64,000 nt of DNA from Eledone cirrhosa (GCA_964016885.1 OZ024741.1:400396001-400460000), one strand, 5' to 3'; counted from the stretch's first letter, positions 1 through 12,782 are shown. The notes: a model not told the origin generated them from the sequence alone. Program-made: numbers and translations.

Positions 1-807
1 GCATACGAACAGCAATGTTGCATGGCAGTGAGACCTTGGCATTGTGTGCAGAGGATATACGCAGACTAGAGAGGAACGAAGCTTGCATGCTCTGCTGGAT
101 GTGTAATAGTAATATACGTGAACGGCAAAGCATAAACGAACTAAGGAAAAAATTAGAAATAAGAGGGATCAGATGTTGTTTACTCGAGAGAAGGCTATGT
201 TGGTATGGTCACGTGATGCGCATGAAAGACGACAGCTGTATAACAAAGTGCAGGGCAATAAAGATAGACGGTAGCCACGGAGTAGGCAGACCCAGAAAAA
301 CCTGGGACGAGCTGATAAATTCCGACCTCACACACTTACACCTCTCCAAGACAATGTCACTGGACCGAGACCTTTGGCGGTACTCAGTAATAGAGAAGAC
401 CCACCTTACCTAAATACAAAGTAAAACCTACTACAGTCAGTAGGCATCTCTAACAAAATTCTCCCCCGTCCCACCACCCCCACCCCATCCACACCGCCCC
501 TTCAATGTAAAGTTATGTTGGTGCCACAACATCCAGGCCGAAACAAATGAGGTCGTGTAGGTGTCACGACAAAAAAACACACAGTCCACGCTGTAATGTG
601 GCTGTGTAGGCAACACGGTAAAAACCTCCCAGTCCCACACTGTAAATGTGGTTGGTGTTAGGAAGGGCATCCAGCTGTAGAAAACCCGCCAGACAGTCCT
701 ATGCGAGCAAGACAACCACTCTTGCCTCAAGTGGGAAAACTCCCGTCCAAACCCATGCAAGCGTGGAACATGGACGTTAAACGATGATGATGATGATGAC
801 GATGATG
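1..807 (+). mobile_element. RTE-clade LINE 3' fragment (end of RT ORF, 3' UTR, (GAT)n tail)
   Basis: ORF 15..413 MLHGSET..RLERNE..RRLCWYGHVMRM..GRPRKTW is homologous to the C-terminus of the 47788..49863 ORF; tail ends acccatgc...gacgttaaacgatgatgat. Confidence 0.9.
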
Positions 808-821
808 TATATACATATATA

Positions 822-901
<80 letters not shown>

Positions 902-904
902 CAA

Positions 905-1375
905 GATGTATAAACTTGTTGTAATGTCATAATAGTTCGTTTGTTCTTTTTCATTTATATTTCTGCTCTGCTTATACGCATAGAGCTTAACTAGAAAAGG
1001 TACTTCTACGAGGTCCCAAGTCCTTTACTTTTAATGCGTAAATTATAAATTATCTAATGTTTAACCTTCTATCCCTGACTCTTAGGCCCTCTTCAAATTC
1101 TCTTAACCCCCCCATAACCCATCCCTTTTACAACTCCGACAACTAATATAAAAGAGCCCCCTTAGAATATAGACCCCAAATATACAAGCGGAGCTGCTGA
1201 TGTTTACCACAATTTCAAACTGCTAATCTTGAGTGAAACGTTGATGTAAATAATGAACTTACAATCACATGTTATATGCCTTGAAAAGTCCCACCATGTG
1301 GTCGGACGAAACAGCTGTCGGCAATAAACTTGTTATAATGTCATAATAGTTCCTTTGTTCTTTTTCATTAATAAT
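905..1375 (+). mobile_element. Non-autonomous PLE-type / retrozyme-like unit with hammerhead and terminal direct repeat, inserted in (TA)n
   Basis: 46-bp direct repeat at 910-955 and 1324-1369; HHR fold at 1277-1323; no ORF; flanked by (TA)n. Confidence 0.65.
1277..1323 (+). ncRNA. Minimal type I hammerhead ribozyme motif, U3-A8 variant core
   Basis: tgcc TTGAAAA gtcc-caccatgtggtc-ggac GAAA cagctg TC ggca; stems I and II pair and stem III is palindromic. Confidence 0.7.
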
Positions 1376-1408
1376 AATATATATATATACATATATGTAT
1401 ATACATAT

Positions 1409-1496
<88 letters not shown>

Positions 1497-1649
1497 TGTA
1501 TATACATATATAGTATATATATATATGTATATATATATGTATATATACATATATGTATATATATATATAGTATATATATATATGTATATACATATATGTA
1601 TATATATATATATATATATACATATATGTATATACATATATAGTAACTT

Positions 1650-2253
1650 TGAAATGTAACTTTGAAATGTTTTGGCCAGTATTGGCCCAGGCCATGTCTA
1701 ATTTAATAGCACCACCTAGTGAAGTCTTTCAATTCAGGATTTGGGCACCATGGCCCATTCGAGAAGAGAATTACTGTTTGCGGAGACATATCCGGGTGTG
1801 GGTGGTTTGTCCGGGATTACTTGGAGGAATTTGTCCAAAGACTTCTTGAATTTCGTGTGGTCAGTTTCTGTTTTGACGTGTCCTGGTGTGATGTTGAAGA
1901 GAGCAGGGCCAATTGAGGTGAAATAATTGTGCCATATTGTTGTTATGAGTTGCGATTTAGATTTTTGTTTGGGACGGATAGCACGGGGCCCAAGTGTTGA
2001 GTGTATTTTGAAGGTGATGCCAACATCATTTGGGCAGTGCTGATGAAACATTTTCCACATCATTCAGATAATATAACGCTCACGGCGACGTTGGAGTGAG
2101 TACAGTTTCAGCTTTTCTAGTCGACCCCAGTAGTCAAGGCCTGATATGCCATCTATCTTTTTTCTGATTGCCCTTTGGAGATCTTCAAGTTTCATGATAC
2201 TTTGTTTTGTGTGGGAGACCACAGTGGACAACAGTATTGACAAAAGCGTCATG
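1650..2253 (-). mobile_element. CR1/L2-type LINE 3' fragment
   Basis: LEDLQRAIRKKIDGISGLDYWGRLEKLKLYSLQRRRERY...GPALFN...KFKKSLDKFL..IPDKP is a typical LINE ORF2 C-terminus. Confidence 0.8.
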
Positions 2254-2279
2254 TATTTAGTGTTATCGATTATTTCCGT

Positions 2280-2440
2280 AATTGTGGGTGAGTTTGAATG
2301 AAATAAATAATTGTTGACCTAAGTTAGACTATTTACAACATTCTTACAGACTTTGAGTCGAATCGGTTTGAAATTGTGCAAATGTATAAACATGGAACAT
2401 GCACACACACACAACAACAACCTGCCTTTTATAGATAATG
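2280..2440 (-). mobile_element. Possible non-autonomous Helitron-like 5' end
   Basis: Minus strand reads tctataaaaggcag..gtgtgtgtg..caaaccgattcgactcaaa, resembling Helitron/DINE-like termini; recognised from memory only. Confidence 0.3.
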
Positions 2441-2447
2441 ATATATG

Positions 2448-2629
<182 letters not shown>

Positions 2630-2648
2630 TATATCATCATCATCATCA

Positions 2649-2738
<90 letters not shown>

Positions 2739-2897
2739 GAGAGGTATAGAGATTGTTTTAGCAAGAAGCTAACAGCATTCTATAACATATATGCGACTAT
2801 AACGTCAAGATGGGAAAAGTAGTTAACGAAAGATTTAGGAAAAATAACTCAAACTCATCTCAAAAGATTTATTGTACTACAATAAAACTCACCTCCT

Positions 2898-2958
<61 letters not shown>

Positions 2959-3081
2959 GGAGGTGAGTTTTATTGTAGTACAATAAAGCAATGCAGATAT
3001 CGGATAAGAAGCACTCTACAGTTTGTAGGACTGGAGTATACATAATATAAGATCGAAAGATGGTTAAAGGAGTTCCATGTA

Positions 3082-3148
3082 TTTTATTATGCGCATTTCA
3101 AAAACAAACATCATCATGCAATAATATTTGTGTTTTCATCAGATAAAA
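3082..3148 (-). ncRNA. Type I hammerhead ribozyme motif (inverted copy)
   Basis: Reverse complement of 4786-4852. Confidence 0.72.
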
Positions 3149-4785
3149 CAGAACATGATATGAAGGCTAAAAAACACTTGTGGATAGTGCAGTTTTAAAT
3201 CAACATATGAAAAGTGGTTTTAGATTGATGTGTGATATTGGGAAAAATATTTTATTTAGAGAGGGGGGGGGGTGGAAAGGATGAAAAAGGGGAGAGATGA
3301 GAGTGAAGGTGGAGAGGGAGAGATGGGTGATAGAGAGAAAGAGATAGTTTTTATAACTGAGAGAAGATATATTGTTTTACATAGAGAGGTTGAAAACCGT
3401 TGGAAGATAATGTATAAATTAAAAGAATTTGAAAATTAACGAAGGGAAAAATATGTACGAGGAAAGAAAGGGAGTTTATGTATGAAGATAGAGAGAAAAA
3501 ATAATAATTGCGGATGAATATTCTAACGTCAAAAAGGTGTATGTTGATAAGTATTGTGGCAATTTCAAAATTAACGAAGAGAAAAAATTATTAAGGTTTG
3601 TGTGTAGAAGGATTTGAGAAAGATAATGTGAAGTTAAAGTTTGTATATTGAAGGAGTTGATAATATGTGCGAAGAAAGAGTTAATATGTATTAAGAATGA
3701 GTTCGTTGATGGGGAGAAAAAAATTACCATTATCTCTAATCTAGATTCTATAATAAATAGACGTACAGATTTGTTTTCTATCTGCCTGCATAAATTCCAT
3801 AGGACTTTTCACAAAGTATACAGCTAATATTCAATTCTTTATCAATTTAGAATCTTCTCTCAAAGGTACATATACATACACCTCCTTAAAATATACCCAT
3901 CTTCCTACCTTACTTCAAAGGGCATTATACACTCTATAATACTTGTTTACTCATTACCCTCATTCTATCTTCACCTTGTAAAATCCTTCATAACATATAC
4001 ATTTGTTTTTTTGACGTTAGAATATTCATCCGCAATTATTATTATTTTTTCTCTCTATCATAAAACTTTTTAATCTCAATTTCATCCTTAATTTATTATT
4101 TTTTTCTCCCCATCAACGAACTCATTCTTAATACATATTAACTCTTTCTTCGCACATATTATCAACTCCTTCAACATACAAACCTTAACTTCACATTATT
4201 TTTCTCAAATCATCTAATACACAAACCTTAATAATTTTTTAATACATATTAACTCTTTCTTCGCACATATTATCAACTCCTTCAATATACAAACTTTAAC
4301 TTCACATTATCTTTCTCAAATCCTTCTACACACAAACCTTAATAATTTTTTCTCTTCGTTAATTTTGAAATTGCCACAATACTTATCAACATACACCTTT
4401 TTGACGTTAGAATATTCATCCGCAATTATTATTTTTTCTCTCTATCTTCATACATAAACTCCCTTTCTTTCCTCGTACATATTTTTCCCTTCGTTAATTT
4501 TCAAATTCTTTTAATTTATACATTATCTTCCAACGGTTTTCAACCTCTCTATGTAAAACAATATATCTTCTCTCAGTTATAAAAACTATCTCTTTCTCTC
4601 TATCACCCATCTCTCCCTCTCCACCTTCACTCTCATCTCTCCCCTTTTTCATCCTTTCCACCCCCCCATCTCTAAATAATATATTTTTCCCAATATCACA
4701 CATCAATCTAAAACCACTTTTCATATGTTGATTTAAAACTGCACTATCCACAAGTGTTTTTTAGCCTTCATATCATGTTCTCCTG

Positions 4786-4852
4786 TTTTATCTGATGAAA
4801 GCACAAATATTATTGCATGATGATGTTTGTTTTTGAAATGCGCATAATAAAA
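4786..4852 (+). ncRNA. Type I hammerhead ribozyme motif in PLE pLTR
   Basis: ttttat CTGATGA aagcacaaatattattgcatgatgatgtttgttttt GAAA tgcgca TA ataaaa. Confidence 0.75.
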
Positions 4853-4976
4853 TACATGGAACTCCTTTAACCATCTTTTGATCTGATATATATATATATA
4901 TATATATATTTATTAAAATAACAGATTAAAGTTTAAGCAAAGAATCGCTGCTTTCACATCACATATATATATAAGT

Positions 4977-5175
4977 GAAGGTGCATGGCTTAGTGTTTAG
5001 AGAATTGGATTTGCAATCATAAGGTTGCAAGTTCAATTCCCAGACCGAGCAATGTTTTATATCCTTGGGCAAGAAACATTATTTCATGTTGCTCTCTCTG
5101 CCAGGATTTGCGACTGGTAGATAGTATCAACAATGGAAAGACCAATGGAAACATTGTTTCCTTGGTCCAATTTGA
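4977..5175 (+). mobile_element. tRNA-derived SINE, family B
   Basis: A-box catggcttagtg, B-box gttcaattcc, CORE-like ccttgggcaagaaacatt. Confidence 0.8.
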
Positions 5176-5255
5176 CCAATCAATTGATTGGTTCATTTCT
5201 ATTCAATGCACAGTTTAAACATTTTCCCACTAATTTCCTTTATCTTTCATTTCAG

Positions 5256-5350
5256 CTCGGCCAGAATTCACTGACACTGTCGCCATTAAACAAAGCCGGC
5301 ATCCTATTTTAGAAAAGATTTCAAGAGATCCTCCAGTCCCAAATAATACT
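5256..5350 (+). CDS. MSH4: MSH4 (MutS homolog 4) internal exon, [31 protein letters not shown]
   Basis: Acceptor ttcag|, donor |gtaaat. Translation matches the remembered MSH4 segment [23 protein letters not shown]...NNT. Upstream exons lie outside the window. Confidence 0.92.
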
Positions 5351-5373
5351 GTAAATATAAATCTTACATTTTC

Positions 5374-5545
5374 CATCATCATCATTATCACCACCACCAC
5401 CACCATTATCATCATCACCTTCATCATCATTATCACCACCACCACCGCCACCATTATCATCATCACCATCATTATCACCACCACCTCCACCACCACCACC
5501 ATTATCATCATCACTGTCATCATCATCATTATCTTCATCGTCATC
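5374..5545. repeat. (CAT/CAC)n microsatellite (RTE tail derived)
   Basis: Directly visible; abuts a minus-strand RTE 3' UTR (about 5520-5890). Confidence 0.9.
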
Positions 5546-5985
5546 GTTTAACATCCATTTTCCATGTTAGCCTGGGTTAGTCCTGATGTTGTGAGATAAG
5601 TCAGATCGGTGGCCATGTCTTGTTCATACAGAACTATTTCTGGCTTGGTTTCTACAACTGGACTGGATGCTATTCCGAACATTAACCACATTTACAATGT
5701 GTACTGGGTGTTTTTTTTATCATGGCACCAAAATGACCAATGTGTACTGTGTTTTTTATCATGGCACCAAAATGACCAATGTGTAGTGTGTTTTTTATCA
5801 TGGCACCAAAATGACCAACTGACAGGGTGGACTGTGTGCTTTTTGTTGTGTCACCAACATGACTACTTTACTGAGTGGCATTTTCATGCCAAAATAATTG
5901 CAAAATGGGGTCCCTGCATTCACAGCCAAAGGATTTATCAGTAAATTATATTCAAGACTTTTGGAGGAGATGGGTCACTGACAAC

Positions 5986-6320
5986 ATCATCATTTCATTT
6001 TACGTCCGCTTTTCCCTGCTTGCAAGGGTGGGACGGGAACTGATTCTGGCTTGATTTCTACAGCTGGATGCCCTTCCTAACACCAACCTCATTTACAGTG
6101 AGTGTTGAGTGCTTTTTTGCCGTGGCACCTCCACGACCACTTTACAGTGGAATGATAGGGACTGGGGTCCCTATCATCTCATTTCTACAGCTGAGTAAAC
6201 TGGAGCAATGTGAAATAAAATGTCTTGCTCAAGGAAACAACACATCACCTGGTCTGAGAATTGAACTCACAACCTTTCGATTGCAAGGCCAATGCTCTAG
6301 CCACTAAGCCATGTGCCTCC
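5986..6320 (-). mobile_element. Complete tRNA-head SINE with RTE-derived 3' tail
   Basis: tRNA head at 6240-6320, hairpin at 6152-6177, tail shared with RTE 3' UTR (ggttggtgttaggaagggcatccagc). Further copies at 12385-12707 and 41800-42054. Confidence 0.85.
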
Positions 6321-6614
6321 TTAATAGTTCACCTTATTGAAGTATCAGATGATGTTTGTGATGGTGCTAAGCTATTCAAATGTCTTAGCCCTGATATCAC
6401 CCACAGGAGTGCCATGAGTGTCATGATTTTCCTCAAAATATTTTAGAAGGCAATACCAGTATTTCTTGTTGTAGTGTTTCCCCAACTTACGAACAAGTGA
6501 CATTCCAAGAGACCGTTCATTAGTTGATTTTTTCTTTAGTTGATTGTCTAACACAGTATGTACCAGTAAGCCCATATATTTTACATTGATACTGCAGGTT
6601 TCCATATGACTAAT

Positions 6615-7588
6615 ATATATATATACAGTATATAGGGGTATATATAACAGTATATAGAGGTATATATATAACATGTAATATAGAGGTATATATATACAGT
6701 AAATAGAGGTATATATATAACAGTATATAGAGGTATATATATACAGTATATAGAGGTATATATAACAGTATATAGAGGTATATATACAGTATATAGAGGT
6801 ATAAATACATTATATAGAGGTATATATATATACAGTATATAGAGGTATATATATACAGTAAATAGAGGTATATATATACACTATATAGAGGTATATATAC
6901 AGTATATAGAGGTATATATACTGTATATAGAGGTATATATGTACAGTATATAGAGGTATATATATACAGTATATAGAGGTATATACATGTAATATGGTGG
7001 CTGCCAACTCGTTTTCGAGTACGGCCACTACTTTATATCCATGTAGGAGAACCTCTACTGATGCGCTGAACGAGTGACTTTTTAGTCCAGCCTGCGATTT
7101 GAAAACTCTGGTACAAACACTACACTTGTGACAATTACTGACACATAGTGATGGGCCCATGATACCATGTGACGACAAGTGCAGAGAGATCTCCAGATAT
7201 AAAGCAATGCCTGTGCCGTGAAGCTTTTATAGTGAGCAAAGGCACTGCACAAAGCCAGTCCCACTCTCTTAACCAAGATGATATTTACTAAAAAGAAGAA
7301 CAAGTCAACATCATTGGATACCATCAGGGTTGCAGGTGTTATATCAGAGTTTTCCTTCTCCTAGAATTCTGCCTTGACAAAGACTAAGGGTCATCTCTCC
7401 CGGTGATTTTGGATGGCCATTGACTCTTAAGAGCTCCTTTACCCTTTGACAGGTTTTGTTTTTAGTCCTGCAGAATGTCCAAAGTCACCCTCCTCACCAA
7501 GAAACCTTGGTGGGGTTGCCAGTTTAGTCGCCAACAACCTGACCATGAGGCAGGTTGTACTGGGATACATGTTACCAGTAGCACCTGG

Positions 7589-7632
<44 letters not shown>

Positions 7633-8520
7633 CATATATATATACATATATTTGTATATACATATAATATAGAGGTATATATACATGTAATATAGAGGTA
7701 TATATAACATGTAATATAGAGGTATATATAACAGTAAATAGAGGTGTATATGTACAGTATATAGAGGTATATATATACAGTATATAGAGGTATATATACA
7801 GTATATAGAGGTATATATAACATGTAATATAGAGGTATATATAACAGTATATAGAGGTGTATATGTACAGTATATAGAGGTATATATATACAGTATATAG
7901 AGGTATATATACAGTATATAGAGGTATATATAATATGTAATATAGAGGTATATATATACAGTATATAGAGGTATATATATACAGTATATAGAGGTATATA
8001 TAACAGTATATAGAGGTATATATATAACAGTATATAGAGGTATATATATACAGTATATAGAGGTATATATATACAGTATATAGAGGTATATATATATAGT
8101 ATATAGAGGTATATATAACATGTAATATAGAGGTATATATATACAGTATATAGAGGTATATATATACAGTATATAGAGGTATATATATACAGTATATAGA
8201 GGTATATATAACATGTAATATAGAGGTATATATATACAGTATATAGAGGTATATATATACAGTATATAGAGGTATATATATACAGTATATAGAGGTATAT
8301 ATATACAGTATATAGAGGTATATATATACAGTATATAGAGGTATATATAACATGTAATATAGAGGTATATATATACAGTATATAGAGGTATATATAACAT
8401 GTAATATAGAGGTATATATATACAGTATATAGAGGTATATATACACAGTATATAGAGGTATATATATACAGTATATAGAGGTATATATATAACAGTATAT
8501 AGAGGTATATATAACATGTA
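6615..8520. repeat. 21-23-bp AT-rich minisatellite (tatatagaggtatatatatacag), interrupted at about 6995-7660
   Basis: Directly visible tandem array. Confidence 0.95.
6995..7590 (-). mobile_element. Degenerate RTE-like LINE fragments inserted in the minisatellite
   Basis: Minus-strand CSVCTRVFKSQAGLKSH resembles the C2H2-like end of RTE ORFs. Confidence 0.5.
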
Positions 8521-8706
8521 ATAATTGTTTCTACTATTGGCACAAGGCCAGCAATTACCCAGTGTATTACTGGTACTTTATTTTATCGACCCTGTAAGGA
8601 TGAAAGGCAAAGTTAACCTCGGCGGGATTTGATCTCAGATCATACAGGGAGGTAACTCTATGCTTCAAAGCATGGCGTCCAACCCTCTACCGATACTGCC
8701 AATCCA
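8521..8706 (-). mobile_element. tRNA-derived SINE, family A
   Basis: tggcagtatcggtag A-box, conserved core gcctttcatcctt..gggtcgataaaataaagtaccagt, tail gccaaaagtagaaacaattatt; at least 11 copies in the window. Confidence 0.88.
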
Positions 8707-9035
8707 GTAATAATGAATTTAAATACTATAAATCTAATGACAATAAATTGTTAAAAAAAAGGTACTTATTCAAATCTGCTGAAGCAGAATGGCATCCCAT
8801 ATCATAGGTACGATTTTGTTTTGTTTTTATTCTCTAGAAGAAGGAACCTTTTTTTATGCTATAAAAGAAGGAACCCAGAGCTTGAAAGAGCCCACATAAA
8901 TGTGAATTTCAAATTCAGACAAATTTTGTTTTCATTGCGAGACTCTTCCTATCTGTGGAAATTTCTAAGTAGGATGTTCGTAAGGTGGGGACTTACTATA
9001 CTTGTTTTTTCCCACTTTTCTCCTGGTAAGCTCAC

Positions 9036-9221
9036 ATTGGCAGTATCGGTAGAGGGTCGGACACCATGCTTTGACGCATAGAGTTACAGTCCTTGCCATT
9101 CTGAGTTCAAATTCCGCCGAGGTTAACTTTGCCTTTCATCCTTATGGGGTCGATAAAATAAAGTACCAGTAATGTACTGGGTAATTGCTGGCCTTGTTCC
9201 AAAAGTATAAACAATTATTAT
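9036..9221 (+). mobile_element. SINE family A
   Basis: Same consensus as 8521-8706, opposite strand. Confidence 0.88.
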
Positions 9222-9225
9222 TAGT

Positions 9226-9425
9226 GAATGCGTGTGGCTGAGTGGTTAGAGAATTGGATTCGCAATCGTGAGTTTGAGTTCGATTCCCGAACCGGGTGAT
9301 GCGTTACCTCCTTGAGCAAGATACTTTATTTCATGTTGCTCCTTCTACCTGGAGTTGCAACCGATAGGTAGTATTAGCAATTGGAAAGGCTGATGGAAAC
9401 ATTGTTTCCTCGGTCCAATTTGACA
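9226..9425 (+). mobile_element. SINE family B
   Basis: tggctgagtgg A-box, gttcgattcc B-box, ccttgagcaagatacttt. Confidence 0.8.
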
Positions 9426-9618
9426 AAAGTCGATCCTTCTTTTCCTTTCTCTTGTTTTGGACCTTTTTTTTTATTCAATTTGTCCTTTTTGTAAATCATT
9501 AACATACCTAAGGTGTTGGTATAACCAAGTACCATCGAGGCCTTATTTATACCTTGGTAAGGAAAGCTGCTGATGAAATCATAGTGCTGTTTTATTGTGT
9601 TCAAAAATGTCTTGCTAA

Positions 9619-9809
9619 AAATTGTTTCTACTTTTGGTTCAAGGCCAGAAATTATTCCAGTGCATTACAGGTACTTTATTTCATCAACCCATAAGGATGA
9701 AAGGTAAAGTTAACCTCAGTTGATTTGAACTCAGATCATAAAGGGGCGTAACTCTATGATACAAAGCATGGTGTCCGACCCTCTACTGATACTGCCAATC
9801 CACCGCCCT
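9619..9809 (-). mobile_element. SINE family A
   Basis: Same consensus. Confidence 0.85.
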
Positions 9810-10504
9810 TAATGTCTTGCTAATAATGTTGTTTCATGGAGTACAGGACATTACAGCTCCACTGAATTGTTGGAAGATGAAGAAATACCAGGTAATCCCA
9901 GTGGAAGGAAGCCACAGTAGAGGACAACCAAGAAAGAGGTTTTGAGAGTGGACCTCAAATCACTAAGACTGGCAGAGGAGATGATGAACAAACGTGACGA
10001 GTGGAGATGTGCTGTGCTGAGAAGGACCCGTTCAACCCATTCAAGCATGGAAAAGTGGACATAAAAACAATGATGATGATGAAACGAGGGTTGGTTGAAA
10101 AGTTCAAAGGTTGAAAGATTCATAGGCTGACCAAGATACTCTCATGGAATGACTAAATGAGATTTATTTTTCAACATACCACACCATACATATAATATGT
10201 CAGAAAGTAGATGGGTTCCACCAGGTTTTTAAATGCGCTAGAAACACTGTATGTCAATACACAACACAGCACCCCTACAACTCCCTCAGGAGTTACAGGA
10301 CCACACCAAACATATATGTGTCAGAAAGGAAACCTTGTTAAAGAAAATAGAAAAACTAGAAAATAGTAAATAATTCCGACAGAGAATCATCAACAATTAT
10401 TAAATACAACAGAATTATTCAAACATTCCATCATATTAAAGTAGTTGAACAACTTGATTTGAATTTGACTGAAGTTGTAGGAGTACAAATATTACAGAAA
10501 TTTG

Positions 10505-10952
10505 ACAATGACAGATGTAGTAGTGATTGCTACAGATGTCATGGTGGCTACAGATGTGATAGCTAAAGATGGGATAGCTACAGATATGGTAGCCAAAGAT
10601 GTGGTGGTAGTGGTAGCTACAGATGTGGTTATTGTGATAGCTACAGATTTAGTGGTAGTGGTAGCTACAGCTGTAGTGGTGGTGGTAGCTACAGATGTCG
10701 TGGTAGTAGTAGCTACAGATGTGGTTATTGTGATAGCTACAGATGTGGCAGTAGTGGTAGCTACAGATGTGGTTATTGTGATAGCTACAGATTTAGTGGT
10801 AGTGGTAGCTAGAGATGTAGTGGTGGTGGTAGCTACAGATGTAGTGGTAGTGGTAGCTACAGATGTGGTCTTAGTAATAGCTAAAGATGTAGTAGTGGTA
10901 GCTACAGATGTATTAGTGGTGGTAGCTACAGATGTAGTTGTAGTGGTAGCCA
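10505..10952. repeat. ~24-bp minisatellite (gtagctacagatgtggtagtagtg)
   Basis: Directly visible tandem array. Confidence 0.9.
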
Positions 10953-11024
10953 CATTTCTCCCCGTTTTGGGCACTTTTTTTCATGGCACACCCCACTTGA
11001 GTTTTTAGAGGTTGGCAGGTCTGC

Positions 11025-11440
11025 AGACTGGAGACACAAACAAACTTTATAACCTCACAGACTGGAGACACAAACAAACTTTATAACCACATAGATTGGA
11101 GACACAAACAAACTTTGTAACCACACAGATTGGAGACACAAACAAACTTTGTAACCACACAGATTGGAGACACAAACAAACTTTGTAACCACACAGATTG
11201 GAGACACAAACAAACTTTGTAACCACACAGATTGGAGACACAAACAAACTTTATAACCACACAGATTGGAGACACAAACAAACTTTATAACCACACAGAT
11301 TGGAGATACAAACAAACTTTATAACCACACAGATTGGAGACACAAACGAACTTTATAACCACACAGATTGGAGACACAAACAAACTTTATAGCCACACAG
11401 ATTGGAGACACAAACAAACTTTATAGCCACACAGATTGTC
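11025..11440. repeat. 34-bp minisatellite (gagacacaaacaaactttataaccacacagattg), ~12 copies
   Basis: Directly visible tandem array. Confidence 0.95.
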
Positions 11441-11497
11441 ATAATAATGGGGGAGGGGCCAATTATTCAAAACCCAAAAGTAAATAAATGAATAAAT

Positions 11498-11686
11498 ATA
11501 ATTGTTTCTACTTTTGGCACAAGGCCAGCAATTATCCCTAGTGCATTAGTGGTACTTTATTTTATCGATCCCATAAGGGCGAAAGGCAAAGTTAACCTCG
11601 GCAGGATTTGAACTCAGATCATAAAGGGAGGTACCTCAATGTTTCAAAGCATGGCATCAGACCCTCTACCGATTGCCAGTCCACCG
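11498..11686 (-). mobile_element. SINE family A
   Basis: Same consensus. Confidence 0.85.
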
Positions 11687-11699
11687 TTATTATGTTATT

Positions 11700-12365
11700 G
11701 TCATCATCATCATCATCATCACCGTTTTATGTCCGTTCTTCCACGCTAGCATGGGTTAGACGGGTTGTCCTGCTGTAGGCAGTGTCTGATCAGCTGACCT
11801 TGTCTTGCTCATACGGGAACTGATTCTGGCTTGATTTCTACAGCTGGATGTCCTTCCTAACCTCATTTACAGTGAGTGCTGGGTGCTTTTTTGCCATGGC
11901 GCCTACACGTCCACTTTACAGTGTGAGATGGGTGCTTTTTTGCTGTGGCACCCCTACGACCACTTTGCAGTGGAAGGAGGTGGGGGCATATTGTCTATGT
12001 GCTTCAGCTTCAGCTTGTACCTGTGGGGAGTTGGGTCTTCTGTATTACTGCGTGACACGGTCGTGTGTCATCGCCTTTGAGAGGTGCAATTGAGTAAAGT
12101 CGGCTTTTATCACCTCATCCCAGGTCTTCTTGGGTCTCCCCACTCCATGGCTTCCATCGACTTCTAGTGCTCTGCACCTTTTATACAGCTGTCATCCTTC
12201 ATACGCATCACATGTCCATTCCAACGCAATCTCCTCTCCTGCACACAACATTTGATTCCTCTTATGCTCAGGCTTTCTCAATTCATTTATGCTTTGCTGT
12301 TCGCGTATATTACTATTACACATCCATCGGAACATGCAGGCTTCATTTCTTTCTAATCTACACAA
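11700..12365 (-). mobile_element. RTE LINE 3' fragment
   Basis: Highly similar to 47482-48150. Confidence 0.88.
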
Positions 12366-12384
12366 GTCTTGTATTGTATCATTT

Positions 12385-12707
12385 CATCATCATTTCATTT
12401 TACGTAGGCTTTTTCCCTGCTTGCAAGGGTGGGACGGGAACTGATTCTGGCTTGATTTCTACAGCTGGATGTCCTTCCTAACCTCATTTACAGTGAGTGC
12501 TGGGTGCTTTTTTGCCGTGGCACCTCCACGACCACTTTGCAGTGGAGTGATATGGACCCCAGTCCCTATCATCTCATTTCTACAGCTGAGTAAACTGGAG
12601 CAATGTGAAATAAAGTGTCTTGCTCAAGGAAACAACACATCACTCGGTCTGAGAATTGAACTCACAACTTTTTGATTGCAAGGCCAATGCTCTAACCACT
12701 AAGCCAT
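12385..12707 (-). mobile_element. tRNA-head SINE with RTE-derived tail
   Basis: Near-identical to 5986-6320. Confidence 0.85.
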
Positions 12708-12782
12708 ATTTGTATATATTGTATATATTGTATTGTATATATTTATTTTTATATAAACTTACTTTTCATTTTTATTTTGTAG

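Larger units (their letters stand above)
3045..4888 (+). mobile_element. 5'-truncated Penelope-like element with inverted pLTR copy
   Basis: About 3045-3722 is the reverse complement of about 4098-4888 (with an internal duplication). The spacer 3730-3827 encodes IISNLDSIINRRTDLFSICLHKFHRTFHKVYS*, like PLE GIY-YIG C-termini. Each arm carries an HHR. Confidence 0.8.

Noticed and set aside
7439-8543. 300+ aa Tyr/Ile-rich ORFs (also all YIYI ORFs)
   Set aside because: Translations of (TA)n and AT-rich minisatellites.
10492-11008. Thr-rich mucin-like ORF and Val-rich antisense ORF
   Set aside because: 24-bp minisatellite inside an MSH4 intron; no splice or signal-peptide support.
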